A DNA stretch of 64,000 bases, taken from Nitrosopumilus sp. (GTDB lineage Archaea > Thermoproteota > Nitrososphaeria > Nitrososphaerales > Nitrosopumilaceae). A model generated the notes under the pieces. That model was not told where the DNA came from, made no database searches, and was given only the letters and a program-made list of their open reading frames with translations. The stretch's first letter is position 1. Every line of letters starts with the position of its first letter. Below, piece by piece: positions 46,467 through 56,492 of this stretch. Location of the stretch: assembly GCA_965207075.1 (NCBI GenBank), contig CBDBLO010000002.1, forward strand, positions 1,664,001-1,728,000, read 5' to 3'. Both the position numbers and the translations under genes were made by a program.

Positions 46467-48220
46467 AGGAACAGCCCGGTTACAAAGAGGATTGCGCCGC
46501 CGAGCGCAAAATACTTTGTGATCCGCAGCGAGTTCTCGAGCGCCTTTGAATAGTCGTCAAATATGCCGCTTCCCATCACCCGGATCACGGCCTCGTTTTC
46601 CAGTATCTCGTAGGAGGCCGCCGACGTGTCGCGCTCGGCCGCCGAGGCCAGCTCCTCGAACCACCCGGACAGCCTCTCGGCGGGCGTCACCAGCCCCAGC
46701 TGGTAGTACCCGTTGCGGTTCCTGACCTTTACGCGCGAAAAGTGAGTGTCAGACGTGCATATCTCAAGCATCTCATACCCCTTTGAGGCGAGGTGCTCGA
46801 TTATCTTTTCGCGCACACCGTTCTCCATGTTGTTGGCGTCGGCCCATCCGATGTGGAACTTCCTGCCGTTTATCCTCAGGCAGACCACCCCCAGGCCGCC
46901 CAGCCCCATGTCGTTGGCGCGTATGTCCATGGCATCAGAGTTTGCATAGCCGAACTCTATGGGATGGGTGTCCTTTGCAACCAGGTTGTCAAGGCACGAC
47001 TTTGCGGCCTCCAGCATGTCTCTGCCGTCGTCCTCGGAGAGGGTGGCGCCCATCGCGTTGTGGCAGTCCACGATCATCGCTCCCGAATAGTCCCGGTTCT
47101 CGGCATACTGCACAATCTCAGTCTTTACGTAGCTTGGCACGTCCTCCATTCCGTGTGGTGACAGGGACAGGAACAGTATCGGGCGCCTCCCAAACAGGAT
47201 GCACATCACGCGGGCGCGGTTTATGGTGACCGTGACCGGCTCGGTGCAGCGGAGCCCCTCCTCCGTCACGCTGCACTCCTCGATTGTCCTCAGGTAATTT
47301 GCGACCTCGGCCCTGGACGGCAGGTTCAGCGCGTGGTCCGACACGCTGTGCATCACCATGGCAGACGAGTCCAGATTCTTGTATATCAGGTACGGAATGT
47401 TGCTTCCGCCCACCGGATGGTACGGGCCGGGATGGATGTCCGGCAGCACTATGTGGAACTGGCCGCCGGAGTTCTTTGACGAGAGCCGTATCTGCGCAGT
47501 GGAGACCCGGGCCTCGCTTGAGCGCTGCTCCATTATCTTCTCGGCATCCTCGTAGTCGTCGACCTGCGAGGCCAGATACGCCTGGATGGTCTTGTGTGTG
47601 CTCTCCATGCCGGGGCGGCCGGCCACGTCGGTGAGGTGCGACCACACGGTGGCAATGACCATGAACGACACGCCGTATCCCAGCGCAAACAGGTCGCCGA
47701 GCACGTCGGCCCACGCGTCATACGGCACGATCACAAGGAACATCGCGAGGGGCTGCACCATTGAGATGGCCCACGCGCGCCTCAGCGAGACGCCGAGCGT
47801 GGTGGTGTATATGCCGATTCTAAAGCTTGCAAACAGGAACATTCCGAGCGTGACAAAAAACGGCGTCAGCTCCTTTGCCAGCACGAGCCCGGCGGCGACG
47901 CCGGCAAGGAGGGACGCAAGCCACAGCAGGTTCGCAAACAGCGACGAGTGCAGGGACTTGGAATACTCTTTCTTTCTCGTAAACCGGGTGTCGAGCAGCT
48001 GGGTCAGAAACAGGACTGCCACCGATGCGAATACGACGGCCGCGATATTCCCAGAGTCGGGCAGGTAAAACACGTGTATGATCGCAGATATCGCCGCGGC
48101 GATGCCGAGCGACGCGGCCAGCGAAAAGTAATGCGATGCGGGATTCAGCAGGGTAAGCGAGAACCTGTTATGTATGACAGAGACGCCGTCTTCGCCGTCC
48201 GGGCGGTCGTGTGTGTCCAT
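46463..48220 (-). CDS. DUF2070 family membrane protein
   Basis: N-terminal TMs, IHPGP, MH....H, VDCHN, DANNM, TSDTH. Confidence 0.87.
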   Translation of the reverse strand: MDTHDRPDGEDGVSVIHNRFSLTLLNPASHYFSLAASLGIAAAISAIIHVFYLPDSGNIAAVVFASVAVLFLTQLLDTRFTRKKEYSKSLHSSLFANLLWLASLLAGVAAGLVLAKELTPFFVTLGMFLFASFRIGIYTTTLGVSLRRAWAISMVQPLAMFLVIVPYDAWADVLGDLFALGYGVSFMVIATVWSHLTDVAGRPGMESTHKTIQAYLASQVDDYEDAEKIMEQRSSEARVSTAQIRLSSKNSGGQFHIVLPDIHPGPYHPVGGSNIPYLIYKNLDSSAMVMHSVSDHALNLPSRAEVANYLRTIEECSVTEEGLRCTEPVTVTINRARVMCILFGRRPILFLSLSPHGMEDVPSYVKTEIVQYAENRDYSGAMIVDCHNAMGATLSEDDGRDMLEAAKSCLDNLVAKDTHPIEFGYANSDAMDIRANDMGLGGLGVVCLRINGRKFHIGWADANNMENGVREKIIEHLASKGYEMLEICTSDTHFSRVKVRNRNGYYQLGLVTPAERLSGWFEELASAAERDTSAASYEILENEAVIRVMGSGIFDDYSKALENSLRITKYFALGGAILFVTGLFL

Positions 48221-48225
48221 GTTGC

Positions 48226-48393
48226 TCACGGCGCCAAAAAGAGCTCGATTGCCCACGACACCACTATGAGGCTGATGGGAATCGACACCACTATTCGCGG
48301 ATCTATCTTGAACCCCTTGGTCTCATCCTCAAAGAACCTCATGAGCCCCCCGCTGGACGCGGGAAGTGGCGCGGACCTCTTTTTGCTACTCAT
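48226..48393 (-). CDS. secG: Preprotein translocase subunit Sec61beta
   Basis: SSGGLMRFFEDE..KIDP plus one TM. Confidence 0.92.
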   Translation of the reverse strand: MSSKKRSAPLPASSGGLMRFFEDETKGFKIDPRIVVSIPISLIVVSWAIELFLAP

Positions 48394-50555
48394 CAGGCCT
48401 CTTGCCGGGGTTTGAAAATAAAAACGTTGCAGGCTGGCGGGCGGGAATGAACCTGAGCGTGAGTGGGCGGAGAAGTGAGGGGCGGGCATGGGCGCACCCC
48501 GCACCTCTGTACAGGGATCTGTCCCATGCCGGAGGCGCGCCGTAACCCAACGGCGCGTTAGGCATGGCGGCATCACTCATTCAACAGTGGTAACAACGGC
48601 AACGCGTACGGCAAAACTGCGCCCACAGCGCAGATTCTGATGCTTGCGCCTATGCCGCTAGGCGGAACATAACAATCCGCGCCTGCCAGACAGGCACGAG
48701 GCCGGCAGGCAATGCCAACGATCCGCGCTCGGAGCTAAATGCAGCAGGACTTGCCAAAACGCGACATCCGCAGGACAGCAATCGCGAATGCGCCAATAAA
48801 TGACTGAGGTGCCAAGCCGAGTATCAAAAAAAGGCCAAGACTAATGGGCAAGCCCGAGCTGTCCTTGAGATTCTACAGGCAGGATCCAATAACCATAACG
48901 GGAATTGATGTCATGGTTGAAACTTTGCAAATACACGCTTGAAGACTAACGAGTACCCGGTTTCGGATCCGGCGAGTTCAAAAAATATGGAATGCGCGAG
49001 CAAAACAATACCAGCGGATCACGCGTGTTGCGGTTCTGCTCGTACGCCAATTGCTGCAGGCGGGGGGTATTTTTCATGCTTGCACGGGGGAGAAGGTAGG
49101 CGCGCGCATAAAATAGCACGATCTTGCAAGGCAGAGAGCTCTGATTTCCCTCCGCACTCATGTACGCATATGCCATCATGTCTTTTCTCGGATGCGGATT
49201 TTGGCCCTCGCGTTGCTTTTGCACAAATTAAAAATATTCCACACCGATAAAATACAATCAGGCATACGTCTGCCTAATTGCAAACGCAGATCATAAAAAT
49301 ATGCCATGCCCGCCATCCAAAAAACAGGCGATGCCGTATACGGGCCGCAACGTTACGGCAAAAATCACGCCGATCGATGGAACTGCTGCGTGATCGCTGC
49401 ATCCGACAAGATGCACGAACATCTTGCAGACAGCAGCAAGCGGGGCAGAAAGGGCCCGAAGAAACGCCGGGATCTTATGGTGGTTGCAGGTGCGCTTGAA
49501 TAATCTCCGCCCTCCTGATTCTTTACAACCAGTCTCTCTCAAAAAAAACGCGCCGCGCGGCCCTGCAGCCCGCAGGTCCGGATAACAACCGTCACGGAGC
49601 TCACCCCGAAGGAGGGGCAGACGCAGTCCAGATCCTTTGCGCCGACTCGACGTCCGTCAGTCCAGTTACGCATGCGGCGAACAAGGGGGGCCGGACGGCT
49701 ACCCCTCACGCCATCCCATGACAGGGCAGCCCATCCAGCATCCGCGACAAAGGGCTGTCCTCCAAGAACGGCGGGGGCCTGCGTGCCCAGTCAGGCCGCC
49801 TTCTGGCAGTCCAGCAGGCATGCCGCACGGGCAGCGGCGCTGGCCACGCCCAACACGCACGGATTTCATGCGTTTTGGCGACTTTCAGGCAGCAAGGCCC
49901 GCGGCAGGCAGGGCACGGCGCCGCGGCAGGCGCCCGCCAAGCCGACGTGACCGTCCCGAAGTGGATGCCTCTCTCTACCCTCCCCTGCCCCGCTGCTCCT
50001 TTCCCTCCCCCGCCTCCCTCCCCAGCCGCCATCAAAAACAAATTCCAAGCCCGCGCGGTTTCTCCTAGGCGGCTCCTCTTTTCAAAACCCCTTTAACGCG
50101 CGATCCTTGGAAAATTAATCGGAGTTTTTCGCGCGCTGCCCCGGCCCCAATTACGGGATGCGCCGCGCCGTGCCGCCGCTTGATGCCCCCCGTGTGACGA
50201 TAAGGAACATCCCGCAGCCGGCTGGCCGCGTACTAATTATTGAGGATGGCGCGGCCAGATTCGGGGGGCAGGGGCGCAGGACGCGGCCACGAAATGGCAG
50301 TCACAGAACCGAGGCGCCAATTCCACGCGATCGCCGTCGCGGCCGGCAGCGTATTTTATTATTGTAGTCGGTGTCGCCGTCGTCATCGCTATATTACCGC
50401 GTATGAAGTTCCCACGGCACCAGAACCATAATTGCCGCCGGCACCCTCTTGCCGTCACGGCCAGCCCCAATCCGCACGACGAGGCGGCGCGCCAGGCAAC
50501 GGTTAATTGCAAAACAAATATTTGCCGCCAAGCTGGAGCCGAATACAGGATAGAA

Positions 50556-50888
50556 ATGAAGGACTACGACCAGGTCATAGTGTGGCTCGACTATTTCAAT
50601 AAAAACCTCAAAAAATCAAAGGGCCGCAAGCTGGGCCTTGCAAGGTGCGTCTTTGATCCATCCCTCAAGGAGCTGTCCGACGCGGCAACAGAGGCCGGAT
50701 TGGACATAGCAGAGACCAATGAGAGGGCCCGTCTTCCAAAGAGGCCCTACCTCAGATCCGGATACATATCCCTCCCAAAGGCAGGAAAGACCAAGGGCGT
50801 CATACTTGACATGATATCAAAGAGACTGGTCGCCAAGAGGGCCGCAAAGTCAAAGAAGAAGAAAAAGTCCGGCGACCAGAAACCCTGA
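50556..50888 (+). CDS. srp19: Signal recognition particle protein SRP19
   Basis: IVW..YF...K.KGRK, P.L.EL..A, PKRP...G. Confidence 0.88.
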   Translation: MKDYDQVIVWLDYFNKNLKKSKGRKLGLARCVFDPSLKELSDAATEAGLDIAETNERARLPKRPYLRSGYISLPKAGKTKGVILDMISKRLVAKRAAKSKKKKKSGDQKP

Positions 50889-50962
50889 TTCAAAACTAGC
50901 TATTAGATCTAACAAATTTGATCGACCCATATCTTAAATGAGCCGCACTCAGTACGATTGCA

Positions 50963-51250
50963 ATGCGTGAGATCGGCAAGATACTGCACGTGGCAGGCAG
51001 CGGCAGGGTCATCATACAGATATCCGAACCGCTGCCCGAGGGCCAGATACTCTGCGACAAAGGCGGCACGCGCGTGGCAAGGGTGATGGAGCTTATCGGC
51101 CCCGTCAGCAGCCCGTTTGCCTCGGCAGCAGCCCTTACCAACAGCATCAAAAGACACGTCGGCAGGGCGGTCTTTGCGGGCCAAGAGCAGTACGAGAAGC
51201 GCGAGTCCCAGGCATTTGCGCAAAAGACTAGGAGAAGAAGAACAAGATGA
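50963..51250 (+). CDS. gar1: H/ACA RNP subunit Gar1
   Basis: IG..LH...SG, V.ELIGPV..P. Confidence 0.85.
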   Translation: MREIGKILHVAGSGRVIIQISEPLPEGQILCDKGGTRVARVMELIGPVSSPFASAAALTNSIKRHVGRAVFAGQEQYEKRESQAFAQKTRRRRTR

Positions 51251-52221
51251 AGATGCTAGGAGAAGAACAGCAAGTCTGCCGGGAATGCAGGTCCCCGCTA
51301 GTGGACGACATGCAGAACGGCGAGACCATCTGTACCGGATGCGGTATCGTAACAGACAGCCACATGGTAGACTATGGGCCGGAGAACGCCAATGCCGAGC
51401 ACGAGGAGAAGATCAGGCTCGCCAGGGCCTCCGGACTGAACACCTACGCCCAGCACGACCTGGGGGTGACCACTGCAATCGGCCCGTCGGCAAAGGACTT
51501 TAGCGGCAAGGCCATAGACAGGCGCATCGCAAGCCAGATGAACAACCTCAGAAACTGGCAGAAGCGGATCAGGGTCTCAAGCCCCCAGGAGAGGAGGCTT
51601 GTCGCGGCCCTGACGGTAATGGGATCCGCGGCCGAATGCCTCGGCCTCCCAAAGACCGTGCTGGAGACGGCGTCCATACTGTACAGGAACATCGACGGCC
51701 AGACCAACATCAAGGGCAAGTCAGTGGAGGCGATTGCATCTGCCATCCTTTACATGGCATGCAAGCAGTGCGGCGTCGTACGCTCCATTGACGAGATTGC
51801 GCGCGGCACGAGCCCCTCAAAGAAGCCCAAGACGAGACTGGCGGCAAAGTACTACCGCAACCTGGTGATGGGAGTTGGCCAGATAAACACGCCGACTGTC
51901 ACCACGGACAAGTACATCTCAAAGTTTGCAAACATGGCGCAGGTCGATACCAAGGTGGAGAGGCTTGCCCTCGACATGGCAGGCAAGACCAAGAACGCGT
52001 CCATAACGGACGGCAAGTCGCCAAGTGGGATAGCCGCAGCATACCTGTACATGGCGTCCATACTGCTCGGGTACGGGATCCCGCAGAGGGAGATATCAAC
52101 CGTGGCCGAGGTGACAGAGGTCACCATACGCAACCGCTGCAGAGAGATACTGACAAGCTACGAGCTCACAGTGGCCCTGCGCCCCACAAACACGGCGGCG
52201 CGCGCCATGCTGACCAGATGA
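51247..52221 (+). CDS. tfb: Transcription initiation factor IIB
   Basis: CREC..GETICTGCG zinc ribbon, D.GPE, two cyclin repeats, VTEVTIRNR. Confidence 0.96.
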   Translation: MKMLGEEQQVCRECRSPLVDDMQNGETICTGCGIVTDSHMVDYGPENANAEHEEKIRLARASGLNTYAQHDLGVTTAIGPSAKDFSGKAIDRRIASQMNNLRNWQKRIRVSSPQERRLVAALTVMGSAAECLGLPKTVLETASILYRNIDGQTNIKGKSVEAIASAILYMACKQCGVVRSIDEIARGTSPSKKPKTRLAAKYYRNLVMGVGQINTPTVTTDKYISKFANMAQVDTKVERLALDMAGKTKNASITDGKSPSGIAAAYLYMASILLGYGIPQREISTVAEVTEVTIRNRCREILTSYELTVALRPTNTAARAMLTR

Positions 52222-52366
52222 GTGCGCATACGACCTCGAGACTTTTTATTTTTTATTACATCGCGGGGGATTTGCCGCAGCTGCGTGGGGGCCGGCCCTG
52301 CGGGGGGGCCATTAGGATCAGCTAAATACCGTCTGCATTATATATCGAGGCGAAGGACGCGCGGCA

Positions 52367-53149
52367 ATGGCGGTTCTCGAGATAAAGGATCTGCACGTCA
52401 GCAGGGACGGCAAGGAGATACTCAAGGGGGTCAACCTCAAGACGGGCGCGGGCCAGGTCCATGCCATAATGGGTCCAAACGGCTCCGGCAAGAGCACGCT
52501 TGCATACACGTTGCTTGCGCATCCAAAGTACGAGGTGACGCAGGGCGACATACTGCTTGACGGCCAGAGCATACTGGACATGAAGGCCGACGAGCGTGCA
52601 AGGCGCGGACTGTTTCTGGGATTCCAATACCCAACAGAGGTGTCCGGCGTCGGGTTCTCGCACTTTCTGCGCACCGCGTACAACTCGCTGAGCAAGGCGC
52701 TCGAGGGGGACGACCGCGAGGTCTTCATCACGGTACGCGAGTTCCAAAAGTACCTCAGGGAGAACCTCGAAAAGGTCGGACTAAAGGAGGAGTTTCTCTC
52801 AAGATACCTCAACGAGGGATTCTCGGGGGGCGAGAAGAAGCGCGCCGAGGTACTGCAGATGGCCGTGCTAAAGCCCAAGATATCGATACTCGATGAGCCC
52901 GACTCTGGACTTGACATCGACGCAGTCCAGGCAGTCGCAAAGGCCATAAGCCAGGTGTCAGGCACCGAATCCACCATAGTAGTCATAACCCACTATGCAA
53001 GGATACTCAGGTTCCTTGACAAGCTAGACTATGTGCACGTCTTTGCAAACGGCAAGATCCTAAAGACGGGGGACTCGGCTCTTGCAGACAAGCTCGAAAA
53101 AGACGGGTACGACTGGGTGGTAGAAGAGCAGCAACAGGTCGCCCAATAA
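52367..53149 (+). CDS. sufC: Fe-S cluster assembly ATPase SufC
   Basis: MGPNGSGKST, FQYP.E, LNEGFSGGEKKR, LDEPDSGLDID. Confidence 0.96.
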   Translation: MAVLEIKDLHVSRDGKEILKGVNLKTGAGQVHAIMGPNGSGKSTLAYTLLAHPKYEVTQGDILLDGQSILDMKADERARRGLFLGFQYPTEVSGVGFSHFLRTAYNSLSKALEGDDREVFITVREFQKYLRENLEKVGLKEEFLSRYLNEGFSGGEKKRAEVLQMAVLKPKISILDEPDSGLDIDAVQAVAKAISQVSGTESTIVVITHYARILRFLDKLDYVHVFANGKILKTGDSALADKLEKDGYDWVVEEQQQVAQ

Positions 53150-53317
53150 TATTGCTGAAATGACAGGTCCGCGGCGGGGCGGCCGCAGAGCAACAATAAC
53201 AGCAACAACAAGGCGGCGTTTTCCAGTACGCGCGCGGTATTGATAATGGCATCCGTGCGGCGCCCTCCAGGGCCGAAGGAATGCATGCGGTGCCGTGTGA
53301 GAGCGAAGAGAAAGACG

Positions 53318-53626
53318 TTAGTCGGTGGGGTTGACCTTCATCTCGCCGTACTTGCCAGAAGATATCGATATCTCGCCCCGGAACTCCTTGGTATACCCGT
53401 TGATGATCTCGATAATGTCGCCCTCCTTGACCTTGGAGATGTCGTCACCCCAGAGCGTCAGCTTTATCTCGCCGGAGTCATCGGCAAGTATGTGGTCGCA
53501 CACGTCCTTTGGCTCGCCGGACCTTAGGGTCACCGTCCTTCGATCGCCCAGCCTCTTGACGGAAGTCTTGATGTTAATCCCGCCGCGCATCTTTTTGGCC
53601 TGCTCGACCGTTACGTAGTCTGTCAT
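53318..53626 (-). CDS. ssb: Single-stranded DNA-binding protein (single OB fold)
   Basis: D.SG.IKLTLW, NGYT.EFRG, GKYG. Confidence 0.9.
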   Translation of the reverse strand: MTDYVTVEQAKKMRGGINIKTSVKRLGDRRTVTLRSGEPKDVCDHILADDSGEIKLTLWGDDISKVKEGDIIEIINGYTKEFRGEISISSGKYGEMKVNPTD

Positions 53627-53729
53627 ACTGCCCCGTTTCATGCAAGTAATTATAAGCCTTTGTCGCAGGCGGGCACGGGCGGCAAGGCGGATCGAAATTG
53701 AGAAATAACGACTGTGCGGGCGCATAGTC

Positions 53730-53825
53730 GCAGAGATATCGAAGCCCGGTCAACCGAGAGGGACTCAAGATCCGTAAGTGATCCCTTCTCTTAGGAGTTC
53801 GTGGGTTCGAATCCCACTCTCTGCA
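53730..53825 (+). tRNA. tRNA-Leu(CAA) with 11-nt intron (about 53770-53780); probable integration target
   Basis: GCAGAGA/TCTCTGC acceptor stem, AGGGA-CTCAAG[ATCCGTAAGTG]A-TCCCT anticodon arm, long variable arm, GGTTCGAATCC T arm. Confidence 0.92.
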
Positions 53826-53875
53826 CTACAAATGATGCAGAAATACTTAATATCGGGGCGTATGTACCCATTGTA

Positions 53876-55051
53876 ATGCGCGGGCAGACGCTGCCGAGGG
53901 CGCTCGACGTAAAGTCAGAGTCCGTCCGGCAGTTCCTCAAAGGATTCAAAAGCGGGGAGACAAGGGTGGGGTATTCGCGCAAGCTGTGCCAGTTCCTGGA
54001 CGCGAGCGGTATTGCGCCCGACGACCTGCTGGCAGAGGCGCGCGGCAACCCCGTGAAAGTGCGGCGGCGCATCATCGATTTTGTGGAGGAGCGCAGGAAC
54101 AAGGTGTCCGGCTCGACGATAAACCAGACGGTCGTGGCGCTAAAGCATTTTTTTGAGATGAACGACGCGGAGGACGCGATATCGTGGAAGAAAATAACAA
54201 AGATAATGCCGCGCGTCCGCAAGACCGGGAGCGACCGCGCCCCCACCATACAGGAGATACGGCTCATGGTGGACGCGGCCGACGCGCGCACCAGGTGCAT
54301 CATCCTGGTGTGCGCAAGCTCCGGGATAAGGGTGGGCGCGTTTGACGGCATGCGGTGGGGGGACGTAACGCCGGTGCCCGCAGGGGAGGGCGGCGTCCGC
54401 GCGGCTCGCCTCCTGGTGTACAGGGACTCGGCAGAGGAGTATGTCACGTTTGTGAGCCCCGAGTGCCACGAGGCACTGCTCAGGTACAGGGCGATGCGCG
54501 AGGAGGCAGGCGAGAGGGTGACGGACGACTCGCCGCTCATACGGGATGCCTGGGACACCCACCCGTACCGCAAGGACCTGAGAAAGGATCCGGGTATCGC
54601 CACGCCCCTTGCCTCCAAGACCATATCAAACATGATGGGCAGGTTTCTCAGGACGCTCAACATGCGCAACAGGACGCGGGCGCGCGCAGCAGGGCACGAG
54701 TTCAAGCAGATCCACGGGTTCCGCAAGTACTTTAAGACGAACGCGGAGCGCACCATGAAGACCATCGACGTGGAAAAGCTGATGGGGCACGCCGAGAACT
54801 ATTACAAGCCGCCGGAGGAGTACCTGCTTGAACAGTATGCGGCGGCGGTGCCGAACCTGACCGTATCAGAGGAGGCCGAGCTCCGGGGCGCCATCGAGAG
54901 GCAGGCCGCGATGAGCGACAAAAAGGTGGGGGAGATCGAGCGGGAGAACGAGGACCTGCACGAGCGGCTTGCCAAACTTGAGAGCAGCTACGCGTCGGTG
55001 CGGGAGATCCTCGAGAACGTCCTGATCTCAAAGACCGGGGCCGGCCGCTAG
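53876..55051 (+). CDS. Tyrosine recombinase/integrase with C-terminal coiled coil
   Basis: SGIRVG (R), HGFRK (HxxR), LMGH, YY; CTTAATAT about 23-30 nt upstream. Confidence 0.93.
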   Translation: MRGQTLPRALDVKSESVRQFLKGFKSGETRVGYSRKLCQFLDASGIAPDDLLAEARGNPVKVRRRIIDFVEERRNKVSGSTINQTVVALKHFFEMNDAEDAISWKKITKIMPRVRKTGSDRAPTIQEIRLMVDAADARTRCIILVCASSGIRVGAFDGMRWGDVTPVPAGEGGVRAARLLVYRDSAEEYVTFVSPECHEALLRYRAMREEAGERVTDDSPLIRDAWDTHPYRKDLRKDPGIATPLASKTISNMMGRFLRTLNMRNRTRARAAGHEFKQIHGFRKYFKTNAERTMKTIDVEKLMGHAENYYKPPEEYLLEQYAAAVPNLTVSEEAELRGAIERQAAMSDKKVGEIERENEDLHERLAKLESSYASVREILENVLISKTGAGR

Positions 55052-55165
55052 GGGCCGGCGCGCGGCGCTCCTGCCTGCAGCCGGGGCCGGGGGCGCGCCG
55101 CCCGGCGAAACCGTGCGGGGACTGCCGCGCCCATCCGGCGTTATAAGCGGGCGCATGCGTACCGT

Positions 55166-55417
55166 GTGATGAAGCGCAGGGTTACGGTCTCGGTTTCCAG
55201 CGACGAGATCGCGCTGATCAGGTCCAAGCTGGCGTCGGTGGGGGTCCAGATCGCGGATCTCAGGGTGGCGCTGGGGGCCCAGCAGGCCCGCGTGCGGGAG
55301 GCGCTTCTGGGCCTCGGGGACGGGGGGCGTGACGGGGCGGGGGCGGCCCCCGACTGTGCGGGCGGAAGCGCCCGCCGGGACCGCGTGCCGCGGGGACGCG
55401 TGGGGTGTGCGGGTTGA
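55166..55417 (+). CDS. Small hypothetical protein, possibly a ribbon-helix-helix or coiled-coil regulator
   Basis: KRRVTVSVSSDEIALI strand-helix start; TTATAAG upstream; TTGA overlap with next gene. Confidence 0.55.
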   Translation: MMKRRVTVSVSSDEIALIRSKLASVGVQIADLRVALGAQQARVREALLGLGDGGRDGAGAAPDCAGGSARRDRVPRGRVGCAG

Positions 55418-56166
55418 CAGAGGCCTCCGAGGTGCTGATTTTCAGGGATTACTCGGGCTGGGAGGAGCCCGCGCTGACCACCCCGTTCGGGTTCATGTCG
55501 CTGCGCAACGTGGCGGTGCTGGGCGTCTTCGGCCTGGCGTCCGCCGCGCTCTACTGGGCTGCGGTGCCCGACAACGTGGAGATAGAGCGGGACTGGATGT
55601 CGGTGTGCGCGGCCCTCCTGCCGCTGGGGGCGGGCGCGGCGCTGGGAATCATAAAGACTCCGTACGGGACGGCGGACGTCGTGCTGCTTGCCGTGCTGTC
55701 GCTGCTCGCGGCCCGCCTCCGGGCAGGGGCGGGCGGCGGTGGCTGGGCGCAGAAGATGCGCAAGAGACGGGGCAAGGCAGACGCGCGCAAGAAATCCAGG
55801 GTGCTCGGGTTCCCGCGCCGGCTCGACGTCGACACCGCGCAAAAGGCCGACCGCATACGGGAGATACCGTGCGCCGACTTGGACGAGCTAAAGTCCATAC
55901 GCGTCACCATACATGGCGGCGGCGGAGCCGTGCTGGGCAACAGGCTCGTCCGGTGCTATCTGGATGACGAGCTGATAGACGCGCTGCGGACGTCTGCAGA
56001 GGGAGCGCTTGTGCTGCACGTCAGGCCCGAGCGCGAGGGTTCCAGGATCCTCACCATACGGGAGCGCGAGGGCGGCGCGGTCCTGCTGCGCAGGACGCTG
56101 CGGTTTGTGCGCCGCGGCGGCGGCGGCGGCGGCGGCGGCAGCAGCAGCAGCAGCAGCAGCAGGTGA
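55414..56166 (+). CDS. PrgI/VirB3-like membrane protein with C-terminal beta domain
   Basis: I.RD....EE.....FG.MSLRNV followed by 2-3 TM helices, resembling the PrgI layout. Confidence 0.6.
   Translation: MTEASEVLIFRDYSGWEEPALTTPFGFMSLRNVAVLGVFGLASAALYWAAVPDNVEIERDWMSVCAALLPLGAGAALGIIKTPYGTADVVLLAVLSLLAARLRAGAGGGGWAQKMRKRRGKADARKKSRVLGFPRRLDVDTAQKADRIREIPCADLDELKSIRVTIHGGGGAVLGNRLVRCYLDDELIDALRTSAEGALVLHVRPEREGSRILTIREREGGAVLLRRTLRFVRRGGGGGGGGSSSSSSSR
56115..56160. repeat. (GGC)8(AGC)7 microsatellite encoding a poly-Gly/poly-Ser tail
   Basis: Read directly. Confidence 0.9.
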
Positions 56167-56492
56167 TTGGGATGGGCATCTACCGCGTCAGGATCTACGG
56201 AAAGACCAAGGCCGAGCTGGAGATAGTCGCGAACGGAACGATCCTCTGCACCGCCGGCGGCGGCCCGACAAGCCACTTTGCGGTGCCCCTCCGGGATCTG
56301 GTATTTGCAGAGCAGGTATCGCACAATACTATACTGCTCAACTTTTTTCATAACGGCGACGCGGACTCGCTGGTGCAGGTCTCCGTGACCTCCGGGAACT
56401 GCTCCGCCATGATGGGCGAGATCACGTCTGCCGTGTCGTCACTGCCGTCACTGGCCGAGCCTAAAGACCCTGCCGCTCTCCGTGACGACTGA
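56163..56492 (+). CDS. Hypothetical protein, possibly PH-like fold
   Basis: GTGA overlap; run of beta-strand patterns and a terminal helix. Confidence 0.6.
   Translation: MIGMGIYRVRIYGKTKAELEIVANGTILCTAGGGPTSHFAVPLRDLVFAEQVSHNTILLNFFHNGDADSLVQVSVTSGNCSAMMGEITSAVSSLPSLAEPKDPAALRDD

Noticed and set aside
49560-50130. SRP RNA, RNase P RNA, 5S rRNA or replication origin
   Set aside because: No diagnostic consensus motifs or repeated ORB boxes, and no cdc6 nearby
53318-53626. ssb as part of the integrated element
   Set aside because: It lies on the 5' side of the tRNA, outside the predicted att boundary
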